Shown here piece by piece: positions 1-11,193 of a DNA stretch of 64,000 nucleotides (position 1 is its first letter; every line of letters begins with the position of its first letter). Under the pieces are notes generated by a model. That model worked only from the letters and a program-made list of their open reading frames with translations, searched no databases and had not been told where the DNA came from. Source of the stretch: an uncultured Actinomycetes bacterium (GTDB lineage: Bacteria > Actinomycetota > Actinomycetes > Mycobacteriales > Jatrophihabitantaceae); contig CAWHCD010000008.1 of the NCBI GenBank assembly GCA_963828015.1, positions 49,730-113,729 on the forward strand. The letters run 5' to 3'. The position numbers and the translations under genes are program-made.

Positions 1-480
1 TACGAGCACTTCGGCGGCAAGGAGGGGCTCTACGCCGTAGTGGTCGACCGCGAGATGCAGTCACTGCTGGGACGTTTCACCGGCGCGTTGACCGCAGGTA
101 CGCCCAAGGAGATGCTCGAGCAGGCGGCCTTGGTGCTACTGACCTACATCGAGGACGAATCCGACGGCTTCCGCGTCTTGAGCCGCGACTCCCCGGTTGC
201 GTCGGGCACCGGAACGTTCTCCTCGCTGCTCAGCGACATCGCCAGCCAGGTGGAGTACATCCTGGCCCGTGAGTTCGCCCGCCTTGGCTTTCAGAGCAAG
301 CTCGCTCCGATGTATTCGCAGATGCTGGTCGGCATGGTCGCCCTGACCGGCCAGTGGTGGCTCGAGGTGCGCAAGCCCCGTCGCGAGGAGGTGGCCGCGC
401 ACCTGGTGAACCTGGGCTGGAACGGGCTGCACGGTCTGGAACCCCGACCGAAGCTCAGCATCAAACCGCGCTCGGTGTAG
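1..480 (+). CDS. TetR/AcrR-family transcriptional regulator, C-terminal portion (5' end outside window)
   Basis: Frame 1 is open from base 1 (YEHFGGKEGLYAVVVDREMQ...). This matches the end of a TetR DNA-binding domain plus ligand-domain helices. Stop at 478-480; convergent with the ABC-F gene. Confidence 0.7.
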   Translation, partial: YEHFGGKEGLYAVVVDREMQSLLGRFTGALTAGTPKEMLEQAALVLLTYIEDESDGFRVLSRDSPVASGTGTFSSLLSDIASQVEYILAREFARLGFQSKLAPMYSQMLVGMVALTGQWWLEVRKPRREEVAAHLVNLGWNGLHGLEPRPKLSIKPRSV

Positions 481-489
481 CGGGCGCAA

Positions 490-2237
<1,748 letters not shown>

Positions 2238-2238
<1 letters not shown>

Positions 2239-3158
2239 CAGCGCACAACTCGCGCGCCGGGTACCGGACCATGGGCTACCCGGGTGTCCCGGCACAGTCC
2301 CTGTTCGACCAGGCCGGCGGCGATTCGATGCGCTTCGGCCTCGTCCTCGGCCAGGAACGCACAGGTCGGTCCCGAGCCGGACACGATCGAGGCAATCGCG
2401 CCCAGTTCGCGACCCGCGGCCAGGGTCGCCCGCAGCGTCGGCTGCAGTGAGACGGCCGCCGCCTGTAGGTCGTTGGCCAGGGCGTGGCCCAGTGCCAGTG
2501 CATCCCCGGCCCGCAATGCATCCAACAGGGCGTCGGCGGGGTGCAGGGTCGAAGGCGTCGCGCCGCGTTGGCGGTCCAGTTCGGCGTAGGCCGCCGGCGT
2601 CGAGATGCCGAAATCGGCGAAGGCGAGCGTCCACCAGAACGTTCCGGTGGACAGCACCGGCGCCAGTACCTCGCCGCGGCCGGTGCCCAGAGCGGTGCCC
2701 CCGAGCAGGCAGAAGGCGACGTCGCTGCCCAGCATCGCCGCCAGCTCGGCCAGCTCGGTCCGGGTGCTGCCCAGGCGCCACAGCTCGGAGCAGGCCAGCA
2801 GCGCGGCCGCGGCATCGGCGGACCCGCCCGCCATGCCGCCGGCCACCGGAATCGCCTTCGTGATATCCAACCGCACGTTCGGGGCCAGCTGCGCCCGCTC
2901 GGCCAGCAATGCGGCCGCGCGCCAGGCCAGGTTGCTCGAGTCGGTCGGGACCGACGCCGCCTGCTCGCCCGAGACGGTCAACTCCAAGGCATCGGCGGGG
3001 CTCGCGATCACTTCGTCGTACAGGCCGACCGCCTGAAAGACCGTGCGCAGCTCGTGGAACCCGTCGGTCCGCAGCGCCCCGACGCCCAGATGCAGGTTGA
3101 TCTTGCCTGGCACCTGGACCCGCACGGGACTCGTGCGGGGCGGGTGGAGGGCGGTCAC
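2238..3158 (-). CDS. ispE: 4-diphosphocytidyl-2-C-methyl-D-erythritol kinase
   Basis: 306 aa from GTG 3158 (VTALHPP...VQVPGKINLHLGVG...IPVAGGMAGGSADAAA). GHMP-kinase motifs typical of IspE. The N-terminal Arg-rich extension in the track ORF is rejected. Confidence 0.9.
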
Positions 3159-3406
3159 TCGAGGGACTCTAACGTCGGTGCCGGGTCGCGATTTACCGTC
3201 CGGGTATCCGACCCGGTACCGGGCCTGGTTCGGAGCATTGCCGTTTCGCCGGTAAGCTGAACGGGTTGCCCCGGCGAGGGAGCTGCGAACCGGCTGTTGC
3301 CAGCCCAACGCATCGTCCGAAATCGACGCGGTGTCGTTCGTCGACGCGCGTCGCGTCCGAGGCACCGAATGTTGGCCTGATCGTAGGAATCTTGAGGAGT
3401 AGTGCT

Positions 3407-4045
3407 GTGTCCGAGGTCCGTCTGAACGCCGAGTCGCGTACCGAGTTCGGCAAGGGCGGCGCCCGTCGCACCCGTCGTGCCGGCAAGATCCCCGCCGTGA
3501 TCTACGGCCACGGCGCCGACCCTCGCCACGTGTCATTGCCAGCGCGCGAGTTCACCAACGCCATCAAGCACGGCGGCGCCAACGTCCTGCTGACGCTCGA
3601 TCTCGAGGGCAGCGAGCAGCTCGCGATCCCGAAGGCGATCCAGCGCAACCCGCTCAAGGGCAGCTTCGAGCACGTCGACCTGCTGGCCGTGCGGCGCGGT
3701 GAGAAGGTCACGATCGACGTCCCATTGTCGATCATCGGCTCGTTGGTACCGGGCGGCATGCTGCAGCAGGAGAACACCTCCGTCAGCCTCGAAGCCGAAG
3801 CCACCCACCTACCCAGCGAGATCGAGGTCTCGATCGACGGTCTGGAGATCGGCTCGCACGTCACTGCCGCCGACCTCGTGCTGCCCAGTGGAGCGACGCT
3901 GGCCGGTGACCCGGATCAGATGCTGCTACTGATCTCCGAGGCACCGACCGAGGCCGCTCTCGCTGCTGATGCGGCCGCGTCCGCGGCTGAGACCGGCGCC
4001 GGCGAGCAGTCCGCTCCGGCGGCGGCACCGGCCGAGGCCGAGTAG
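3407..4045 (+). CDS. rplY: 50S ribosomal protein L25/general stress protein Ctc
   Basis: 212 aa from GTG 3407, preceded by GAGGAG at 3394-3399. RTEFGKGGARRTRRAGKIPAVIYGHG is the L25 N-domain. Ala/Glu-rich acidic tail. Confidence 0.9.
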   Translation: MSEVRLNAESRTEFGKGGARRTRRAGKIPAVIYGHGADPRHVSLPAREFTNAIKHGGANVLLTLDLEGSEQLAIPKAIQRNPLKGSFEHVDLLAVRRGEKVTIDVPLSIIGSLVPGGMLQQENTSVSLEAEATHLPSEIEVSIDGLEIGSHVTAADLVLPSGATLAGDPDQMLLLISEAPTEAALAADAAASAAETGAGEQSAPAAAPAEAE

Positions 4046-4069
4046 ACCTGTTCACCGACGGAGACGTCG

Positions 4070-4639
4070 ATGGCCACCGAGCGCCATCTGGTCCTCGGCC
4101 TGGGTAATCCGGGGCCGCGCTATGCCGGGACTCGGCACAACGCCGGATTCTTCGTGCTCGATCTGCTGGCCGAACGGATGGGTGCGACGTTCAAGGCCCA
4201 CAAGGCGAACGCGGACGTCCTGGAGGGGCGAATCGGCGATCAGGCGGTGGTGCTGGGCAAGCCCAGGTCGTTCATGAACGAATCCGGCGGCCCGGCAGTC
4301 GGTCTGGCCCGCTTCTACAAGGTTCCGGTCGAGTCGGTGATCGTGGTGCACGACGAACTCGATCTACCGTTCGAGACGCTGCGTCTCAAGCGCGGCGGCG
4401 GCGAAGGTGGCCACAACGGGGTCCGCTCCGTAGCCGCGGCTTTCGGGAGCAAGGAGTTCGCGCGCGTGCGCCTCGGCGTGGGGCGACCGCCCGGCCGACA
4501 GGATCCGGCCGACTACGTGCTGCGTGATTTCGGCTCGGCCGAGCGCAAACTGCTGCCGCTGTTCGTCGATCGCGGCGCTGACGCAGTCGAGGCGATCGTG
4601 CGCGACGGCCTGGAAGCCGCGCAGAACGCCTTCAACTAG
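4070..4639 (+). CDS. pth: peptidyl-tRNA hydrolase
   Basis: 189 aa. [21 protein letters not shown] and [24 protein letters not shown] are Pth signatures. Sits directly downstream of rplY as in other actinobacteria. Confidence 0.95.
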   Translation: MATERHLVLGLGNPGPRYAGTRHNAGFFVLDLLAERMGATFKAHKANADVLEGRIGDQAVVLGKPRSFMNESGGPAVGLARFYKVPVESVIVVHDELDLPFETLRLKRGGGEGGHNGVRSVAAAFGSKEFARVRLGVGRPPGRQDPADYVLRDFGSAERKLLPLFVDRGADAVEAIVRDGLEAAQNAFN

Positions 4640-5139
4640 AGCAAGGTCGAACCGGCCACTCGGCGCTCGTGGGCCAGCAGCCACTGTTTGGCCTCGATCC
4701 CGCCGCCGTAGCCGGTCATCGATCCGTTCGCCCCGATCACCCGATGGCACGGGACGATGATCGAGATCGGGTTGCGCCCATTGGCCAGGCCCACCGCGCG
4801 CGATCCGTTCGGGTGCCCGATCGCCGCCGCGGTCTGGCCGTAGCTTGCCGTCTCGCCGTACGGGATCGACCGCAGTTGCTTCCACACCCGCTGCTGGAAC
4901 TCGGTGCCCGAGGGGTGCAGCGCCAACTCGAAGTGCTGCCGCCGGCCCGCGAAGTACTCCTCGAGTTGGTCGCCGACGTCGGCGAACGCGCCCTCGTCGT
5001 GGTTCCAGGTCGGGTCGGGCGCTTTGGCGTTCTTCCCGGTCGGCAGGTAGAGCATGGTCAGCCCGACCTCGTCGCGCACGGTCAGCAACGCCCCGAGGGG
5101 CGAGTCGATCAGGGCGTACTTCATTCGCGAACTCCTCAT
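4636..5139 (-). CDS. ogt: methylated-DNA--protein-cysteine methyltransferase
   Basis: 167 aa with active-site [13 protein letters not shown] 5139 overlaps the stop of the upstream ada-alkA gene (ATGA). An alternative start at 5124 is possible. Confidence 0.9.
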   Translation of the reverse strand: MRSSRMKYALIDSPLGALLTVRDEVGLTMLYLPTGKNAKAPDPTWNHDEGAFADVGDQLEEYFAGRRQHFELALHPSGTEFQQRVWKQLRSIPYGETASYGQTAAAIGHPNGSRAVGLANGRNPISIIVPCHRVIGANGSMTGYGGGIEAKQWLLAHERRVAGSTLL

Positions 5140-6569
5140 GGGTGCGCCGCCCACAGATGGTGGGTGGCGTACGAGCGCCACGGCGCCCAGTTGTGCCGAT
5201 CGGACAGGGTAATTCTCAACGCGGCAGCCGATTTGCGTACGCCCAGATCGGTGCCTAACAGCACGTCCGGGTCGGCGAGCGCGCGCATGGCCAGGTAGTC
5301 GGCCGTCCACGGCCCGATGCCGGGCACCGCGAGCAACTGCTCGCGGGTGCGATGACGATCGGCACCGGAGTTCAGCATCAACTCCCCGACAGAGACCAGC
5401 CGGGCCAGCTCGATCAACGTGGCCGCCCGGCGCCGGGGCATCGGCAGTTCGGCCGGGTCGAGGACGGCAATGGTTTCGGCCGTCGGGAAGGTAAGCCAGC
5501 TCTCTCCTTCGCGGAGTGGCGAACCATAGGTTCGGGCGATACGGCCCAGCAGGGTCCGGGCGCCGGCCACCGAGATCTGCTGTCCGATCACGGCCCGGAC
5601 GGCCATTTCGAAACCGTCGACCGCACCGGGTGAGCGCAGGCCGGGCCGAGCCCGCACCAGCGGGGCCAGGTCGGCGTCGCCGGCCAGCGTCTCGTCCACC
5701 GCCACGGGATCGGCGTCGAGGTCGAGCAACCCGCGCACGCGGGCGACGGCCGCGACCAGATCGCGCTGATCGCCCAGCCGGACCTGGCACCAGACGTGGC
5801 CGACCCCGCTGCGCAGCTCTACCAGGGCGGGGCCGCCGGGCAGCGCCAGCGTGCGGCGGTAGGTCGTGCCGTCGTACTCCTCGACGCCCGGAATGGCCCG
5901 GCGGCCGAGGAAGTCCAGGGTGCGGGCCAGGTCCATCGGTGCCCGGTAGGCCAGACGCAGGCCGAGGTCGCCCCGTGCGGACGGCTCGTGGCGGGCCGCT
6001 CGCAGCTGCGAAGGAGTATTGGCAAACACCTCGAGAACGGTCGCGTTGAACTGTCGGATGCTGGCGAACCCCGCGGCGAACGCGACGTCGCCCGCGGGCA
6101 GTTCGGTGGTCTCCAGCAGAATGCGTGCGGTCTGCGCGCGCTGGGCCCGCGCCAGGGCGAGCGGCCCGGCCCCGACTTCGGCCAGCAGCGTGCGATTGAC
6201 CTGACGCTCGGAATATCCGAGCTGGCGCGCCAGCCCGGTCACCCCTTCGCGGTCGATCACCCCGTCCCCGATCAGGCGCAGGGCCCGTCCGGCCAGATCG
6301 CCGCGCACATCCCACGCCGGCGAGCCGGGTGAGGCGTCGGGACGGCAGCGTTTGCAGGCGCGGAAGCCGGCCCGTTGAGCGGATGCGGCACTCGGGTGGA
6401 AGCTGACGTTGGCTCGCTTGGGGGTCACCGCCGGGCAGGACGGTCGGCAATAGATGCCGGTGGTGCGTACCGCGGTGAAGAACCAACCGTCGAAGCGGGC
6501 GTCGCGGCCCTTCACGGCCCGGTAGCAGACGTCGTCGTCGGGTCGGATCACGTCACCAGTCTGCCCCAC
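5136..6569 (-). CDS. alkA: bifunctional Ada-type regulatory domain / DNA-3-methyladenine glycosylase II (Ada-AlkA fusion)
   Basis: 477 aa. N-terminal Cys-rich Ada Zn finger (CYRAV..CRPSCP..FRACKRCRP), AraC-type HTH, and a C-terminal HhH-GPD glycosylase (VPGIGPWTADYLAMR). Same fusion-plus-ogt arrangement as M. tuberculosis Rv1317c-Rv1316c. Confidence 0.9.
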   Translation of the reverse strand: MGQTGDVIRPDDDVCYRAVKGRDARFDGWFFTAVRTTGIYCRPSCPAVTPKRANVSFHPSAASAQRAGFRACKRCRPDASPGSPAWDVRGDLAGRALRLIGDGVIDREGVTGLARQLGYSERQVNRTLLAEVGAGPLALARAQRAQTARILLETTELPAGDVAFAAGFASIRQFNATVLEVFANTPSQLRAARHEPSARGDLGLRLAYRAPMDLARTLDFLGRRAIPGVEEYDGTTYRRTLALPGGPALVELRSGVGHVWCQVRLGDQRDLVAAVARVRGLLDLDADPVAVDETLAGDADLAPLVRARPGLRSPGAVDGFEMAVRAVIGQQISVAGARTLLGRIARTYGSPLREGESWLTFPTAETIAVLDPAELPMPRRRAATLIELARLVSVGELMLNSGADRHRTREQLLAVPGIGPWTADYLAMRALADPDVLLGTDLGVRKSAAALRITLSDRHNWAPWRSYATHHLWAAHP

Positions 6570-6605
6570 CAGCGAACGATCGACTGGCGGGAATCGGACA
6601 CGGGC

Positions 6606-9416
6606 TCAGCCGGTGTTGCGCAATCCCGCGGCGACGCCGTTGATGGTGAGCAACAGGGCCCGCTGCAGCTCTGGACTCGGGTCCTCATCGGCGCGGACCC
6701 GGGCCAGCAGATCGACCTGCAGGTAGGAGATCGGGTCGAGGTAGGCATCACGCACGGTGAAGGTCCGCTTGAGCAGCGGCGCGTCGTCGAGCAACTCCCG
6801 CTGGCCGGTGACCCGCAGTACCTCGGCGACGCTCAGCTCATACTCGGCCCGCACGATCTCGAACAGCCCTTGCAACGGTGGAGGAACCAACGAGGACACG
6901 TAGTACCCGGCGATGTCCATGTCGGCCTTGGCCAGCGTCATCTCGACGTTGGACAGGAAGGTCCGGAAGAAGTGCCATTCGGCCTGCATCTCGGCCAGGG
7001 TCTCGCCGAGGCCGTTCTCGCGGGCCTGCTTCAGTCCGGAGCCGACCCCGAACCAGCCCGGAACGATCTGGCGCGATTGCGTCCAGCCGAACACCCAAGG
7101 AATCGCCCGCAGGCCTTCGATTCCGCCGCCGGTGGAGGGGCGGCGGGCCGGGCGGGAGCCGATGTTGAGCGACCCGAATTGCTCGACCGGCGTGGAGGTC
7201 ATGAAGTATTCGGGCAGTTGCGGCTGATCCACCAGTTCGCGGTAACAGTCGAACGCGGCGGCGCTGACCTGTTCCATCGTGTCGTCCCAGCGTTGCAGCT
7301 GCGGACCGGCTTGTCGCGGGGTCACGTGCAGGGCCGAGGCCTGCAATACGGCGGCGACCGTGAGTTCGAGGTTCTCGCGGGCCAACTCCGGCAGCGCGTA
7401 CTTGTCGCTGATCACTTCGCCCTGCTCGGTGAACTTGATCTCTCCGTCGAGCACGCCCCACGGTTGGGCCAGGATCGAGTCGTAGGTCGGGCCACCGCCG
7501 CGACCGACGGTGCCGCCGCGCCCGTGGAACAGCCGCAGGCGCACACCGTGCTTGGCCGCGATGTCGCGCAAGGTGCGCTGGGTCTTGTGGATCTCCCATT
7601 GGGAGGTGGTGACGCCGGCCTCCTTGTTCGAGTCCGAATAGCCGAGCATGACTTCCTGCACGTCGCCGCGCAGGGCCACGATGCGGCGGTAGGTCGGCTC
7701 GGACAACAGCTCGTCGAGGACCTCACCGCTGCGGCGCAGCTCTTCCACCGTCTCCAGCAGCGGTACGAAGCCGATCCGGGCCAGCGGGCGTTGGGTGCTC
7801 ACCCCGGCGCCGTGGATGTCGACGAGACCGGCCTCGCGAGCCAGCACGACCGCGGCGAGCACATCGTCGGCCCCACGGGTCATCGAGATGATGTAGCTCT
7901 CGATGACCTCCGGACCGTAGGTATCGAGAGCATCGCGAATGGCGGTGAAGACGGCGAACGTCTTGGCGCCGGCCTCGTCCAGGGGCGGCGGGGTGTGCGT
8001 AAGCGGCCGGCGCGAGGCCAGCTCGCGCGAGAGCAGTTTCATTCGGTACGGACGGGGAAGGTCGCCATAGAGCCACGTCTCTTCCACGAGCCGGTCGATC
8101 AGCTGGCCGACCGCGTGGTGATGGGCGTCGGCGTGCTCGCGAATATCCATCGTGGCCAGGTGCAGTCCGAACACGGCGACGGTTCGTTGGACGCGGGCCA
8201 GCAGGCCGTCGGCGATGAGCGCGCCGGAGTTGGCGCGAAGTGACTCACCGACCAATGCGAGCTCGGCCAGCAACTCGGCCTTGCCGATGTAGTCCCGCCC
8301 CGGTTCGTGCGGGCTGCCGGATTCGACCCGGCGCTGGGTGTTCAGGATGCGGGCCTTGATACAGGTCAGTTTCAGGCGGTACGGCTCGGTCGCATTCAGC
8401 TGGGCGACCCGCGGGTCGAGCCCGGGCAGGTGGACCAGATCATCGGCGATCGATTGGCGCAGCTGGGGGGAGATCCCTACGGCCGTCGTGGAGGAGGACA
8501 GGTCCGCGATCAGCGTGTCGATCGCGGCAATGACCGAACGAGCAGCCACGTTGTGCTGCAGACGAAGCACCTCTCGGGTGACGTCGGCGGTGACGTTGGG
8601 GTTTCCGTCGCGGTCGCCGCCGATCCAGGTCCCGAACGTCAGCGGTACGTCTTCGATGCCGAGGCTCGCTCCGTGACGCGCGAGCTCGTCGGCGAGATCG
8701 ACGGTGAACTCGGGCAGCGTGTGATCGAACAGGTCCTGCAGGTAATAGACGAGGTTCCGGGCTTCATCGACCGGCGTGGGCTGATGTTTGCGAAGCTCGT
8801 CGCTCTGCCAGATCAGGTCGACGATCTCGGCCAGGTCGCGGTCCTGCTTGGCCCGCGGCAGCGACCCCGGTGCTGTCGCAACGCTCAGGATGTCGGCTAC
8901 CCGGCGCAGCTTGGTCAGGATCGTGCGTCGGCTCGCCTCGGTCGGGTGGGCCGTGAACACCGGCCGTACAGCAAGGGTGCGGATCGCCTCGTCAAGGCCG
9001 GCGCTGCCCAGTGCCTCGCTGACCGCGGCCACCGAGCGCGCCAGCCAGGCATCGGCTGCCGGCCGTTCGCGCAGGCTGCGCACGCGGTCCACTTGCTCAG
9101 CCACGTTGGCGAGCAGGAAATACGCCGAAAACGCCCGCACCAGCGCCGAAGCCGACGCCAGGGGCAGGCCCGCGAGCAGTGCCCGCACCTCATCGCGCCC
9201 GGCGCTCGGGGAGCCACCCCGGCTCACTGCGCGGACCTGCTCCACCAGGTCAAGCAGCTCCGGTCCGCCTTGCCGCACCAACGACTCGCCCAGCAATGAA
9301 GCCACCCGGCGCACGTCGGCGCGAAGTGCTGCGTCGTCACCTTCTGCTATGGGTTCCTCCACCGGCAGCGTGTCGCTCACTGGGCCAGTGTCCCGCACGG
9401 CGCGATTCATGTTCAA
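6606..9416 (-). CDS. ppc: phosphoenolpyruvate carboxylase
   Basis: 936 aa. [36 protein letters not shown] and C-terminal GLRNTG motifs. Confidence 0.95.
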   Translation of the reverse strand: MNMNRAVRDTGPVSDTLPVEEPIAEGDDAALRADVRRVASLLGESLVRQGGPELLDLVEQVRAVSRGGSPSAGRDEVRALLAGLPLASASALVRAFSAYFLLANVAEQVDRVRSLRERPAADAWLARSVAAVSEALGSAGLDEAIRTLAVRPVFTAHPTEASRRTILTKLRRVADILSVATAPGSLPRAKQDRDLAEIVDLIWQSDELRKHQPTPVDEARNLVYYLQDLFDHTLPEFTVDLADELARHGASLGIEDVPLTFGTWIGGDRDGNPNVTADVTREVLRLQHNVAARSVIAAIDTLIADLSSSTTAVGISPQLRQSIADDLVHLPGLDPRVAQLNATEPYRLKLTCIKARILNTQRRVESGSPHEPGRDYIGKAELLAELALVGESLRANSGALIADGLLARVQRTVAVFGLHLATMDIREHADAHHHAVGQLIDRLVEETWLYGDLPRPYRMKLLSRELASRRPLTHTPPPLDEAGAKTFAVFTAIRDALDTYGPEVIESYIISMTRGADDVLAAVVLAREAGLVDIHGAGVSTQRPLARIGFVPLLETVEELRRSGEVLDELLSEPTYRRIVALRGDVQEVMLGYSDSNKEAGVTTSQWEIHKTQRTLRDIAAKHGVRLRLFHGRGGTVGRGGGPTYDSILAQPWGVLDGEIKFTEQGEVISDKYALPELARENLELTVAAVLQASALHVTPRQAGPQLQRWDDTMEQVSAAAFDCYRELVDQPQLPEYFMTSTPVEQFGSLNIGSRPARRPSTGGGIEGLRAIPWVFGWTQSRQIVPGWFGVGSGLKQARENGLGETLAEMQAEWHFFRTFLSNVEMTLAKADMDIAGYYVSSLVPPPLQGLFEIVRAEYELSVAEVLRVTGQRELLDDAPLLKRTFTVRDAYLDPISYLQVDLLARVRADEDPSPELQRALLLTINGVAAGLRNTG

Positions 9417-9460
9417 AGCCTGCTTGGTGGCTGTTTCGGGGAGGTGTCGCGATGAGCCGG

Positions 9461-9489
9461 TTGCACTCGATGTCGCTCTGCGTTAGATT
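9461..9489 (+). promoter_or_regulatory. candidate sigma-70-type promoter for the glycan-locus priming transferase (TTGCAC-N17-TAGATT)
   Basis: ttgcac at 9461-9466, a 17-nt spacer, then tagatt at 9484-9489, inside an AT-richer spacer. Read by eye only. Confidence 0.35.
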
Positions 9490-9572
9490 CTTGTTCAAGG
9501 CACAGAGCGTCGGGGGACCTCTGCAAGGGAATGTGCGAATTGTATTCCACTCCCAGTTGACCCCCGCGCACG

Positions 9573-9634
9573 CGAGATAATCGGGGGATTACTCGACCGC
9601 AAGGTTGTGCCACGCGCCATCGGGGGATATCGCG
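9573..9634 (+). promoter_or_regulatory. two GGGG-loop hairpins in the 5' leader of the priming transferase
   Basis: 9573-9595 is CGAG-A-TAATC-GGGG-GATTA-CTCG. 9613-9634 is CGCG-CC-ATC-GGGG-GAT-AT-CGCG. The second ends on the G of candidate start GTG 9634. Same architecture as the hairpins at 14499, 30291 and 37350. Confidence 0.45.
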
Positions 9635-11191
9635 TGACAGCTGGAGTTCGCACCGGAGGTCTGCCACCACAGGTGGAGACTGATTCGGTCCATACGGTAC
9701 GTATCAGTCCGTCCAATCGATTGCGGCCGGTCACGTCCGGCGATGTCTCCGTGGGCGAGCGCACGCTGGTCACCACGCCGGCTCGTTGGATCAAGGCCTA
9801 CCAGCGGCAGCTCGTCGGGCTCGACCTGCTCGCGGCGGCGCTGGCCGTCGTCTTCGGTTATCTGCTGCGCTTCGGACCCGAACCGTCCTGGGCCCAGCCC
9901 TACGCCGGCCTGCGCCCCGGCGTTCCCGTTCATCTGGGCGGCGGCGATCGCGATGAACCGCGGCTATGACGCACGGTGTGTCGGCAACGGACCCGATGAG
10001 TATCAGCGGGTCGGACGCGCTTTCGTCGGTCTGATCGCCGTCGTGGCGTTGGCCTCCTACGTGCTCAAGGCCGACCTTTCGCGCGCCTTCGTCCTGACCG
10101 TGGTGCCCCTGACCTTCGCGTTGGACCTCGCCTTCCGGTTCGCGCTGCGCAAGCGCACGCACGCCCGGCGTCGCCGCGGCGAAGCAATGTCGACGGTGAT
10201 CGTGATCGGCAGCGCGGATCGGGTCATCGCACTGACCGAGGATCTGCGCCGTGACGTGCACGCCGGACTGGCCGTCGTGGGGGCGTGCCTGCCCGAGGGC
10301 GGGCACCCGGCCCAGCTCGCCGCGTTAGATCGGCTCGGCGTCGACGTGCTCGGCGACCTGGATGACATCCGGCAGCTCGTGAGTAGCAGCGGTGCCGACA
10401 CCGTCGCCGTCACCTCCTCCGGTGAGGTCGGTCCCGAGAAGTTGCGCTGGATCGCCTGGCAACTCGAAGACACCGCGGCGGCACTGGTCGTTTCCCCGGG
10501 CCTGATCGACGTTGCCGGCACGCGGATCAGCGTTCGGCAGGCCGCTGGCTTGCCCTTGCTCTACGTCGAGGCTCCGCGCTTCAGCGGGCCGGCCCGCATG
10601 ATCAAGGGGGCGTTCGACCGCAGCGTCGCGGCGTTCGCGCTCTTGCTGCTCAGCCCCATCCTGCTGACGATTGCGCTGATCGTGCGCTGCACCAGTAGCG
10701 GACCGGCATTGTTCGTGCAAACGCGCATCGGACTCAACGGCGCCCCGTTTCGGATCGTGAAGTTCCGTTCGATGTACACCGACGCCGAGCAGCGCCTGGC
10801 GGATCTGCGGGGCCAGAACGAGGCCGCGGACGGACTGCTGTTCAAGATGCGCGAGGACCCCCGCGTTACGGGTGTCGGCCGGGTGTTGCGCCGGTTCTCC
10901 CTCGATGAGCTTCCGCAACTGCTCAATGTGCTGGCCGGCTCGATGTCCCTCGTCGGTCCGCGCCCGCCGCTGCCGAGCGAGGTTGCGGCCTACGGCGAGG
11001 ACGTGCGCCGTCGGTTGTTGGTCAAGCCGGGTCTGACCGGGCTCTGGCAGGTCAGCGGCCGCAGCGATCTGAGCTGGGAAGACTCCGTACGCCTGGATCT
11101 GCGCTACGTCGAGAACTGGTCGTTCACCAACGACCTACAACTGCTCTGGAAGACCGGCCGCGCCGTCTTCGGAGCGAGCGGGGCCTACTGA
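9634..11191 (+). CDS. polyprenyl-phosphate sugar-phosphate transferase (WbaP/WcaJ-type bacterial sugar transferase), apparent +1 frameshift near 9915-9918
   Basis: The C-terminal catalytic domain (FRIVKFRSMY...DELPQLLNVLAGSMSLVGPRPPLP...KPGLTGLWQVSGRSDL) is in the frame of the track ORF 9743..11191. The first TM helix (ARWIKAYQRQLVGLDLLAAALAVVFGYLLRFG) is in frame 1. Removing one C from the CCCC run at 9915-9918 joins them. Start GTG 9634 is inferred from the upstream G-rich SD. Confidence 0.75.
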
Positions 11192-11193
11192 AC

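Noticed and set aside
2239-2781. N-terminal 181-aa extension of the ABC-F ORF (and the similar 126-aa extension of ispE up to 3536)
   Set aside because: The extensions overlap upstream genes or the divergent rplY promoter and are Arg/Gly-rich. The canonical N-termini (MPANLINLE..., VTALHPP...) start at internal codons.
3159-3406. Possible ribosomal-protein leader or riboswitch in the 248-bp ispE/rplY divergent spacer
   Set aside because: I could not fold a convincing conserved structure or recognise a known leader motif by eye. It is left as an ordinary divergent promoter region.
6375-8243. 622-aa plus-strand ORF (and several others of 100-330 aa) overlapping ppc
   Set aside because: It lies antisense to a complete, motif-rich PEP carboxylase gene. 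The product is Gly/Arg/Ala/Val-rich low-complexity sequence, typical of shadow ORFs in high-GC DNA.
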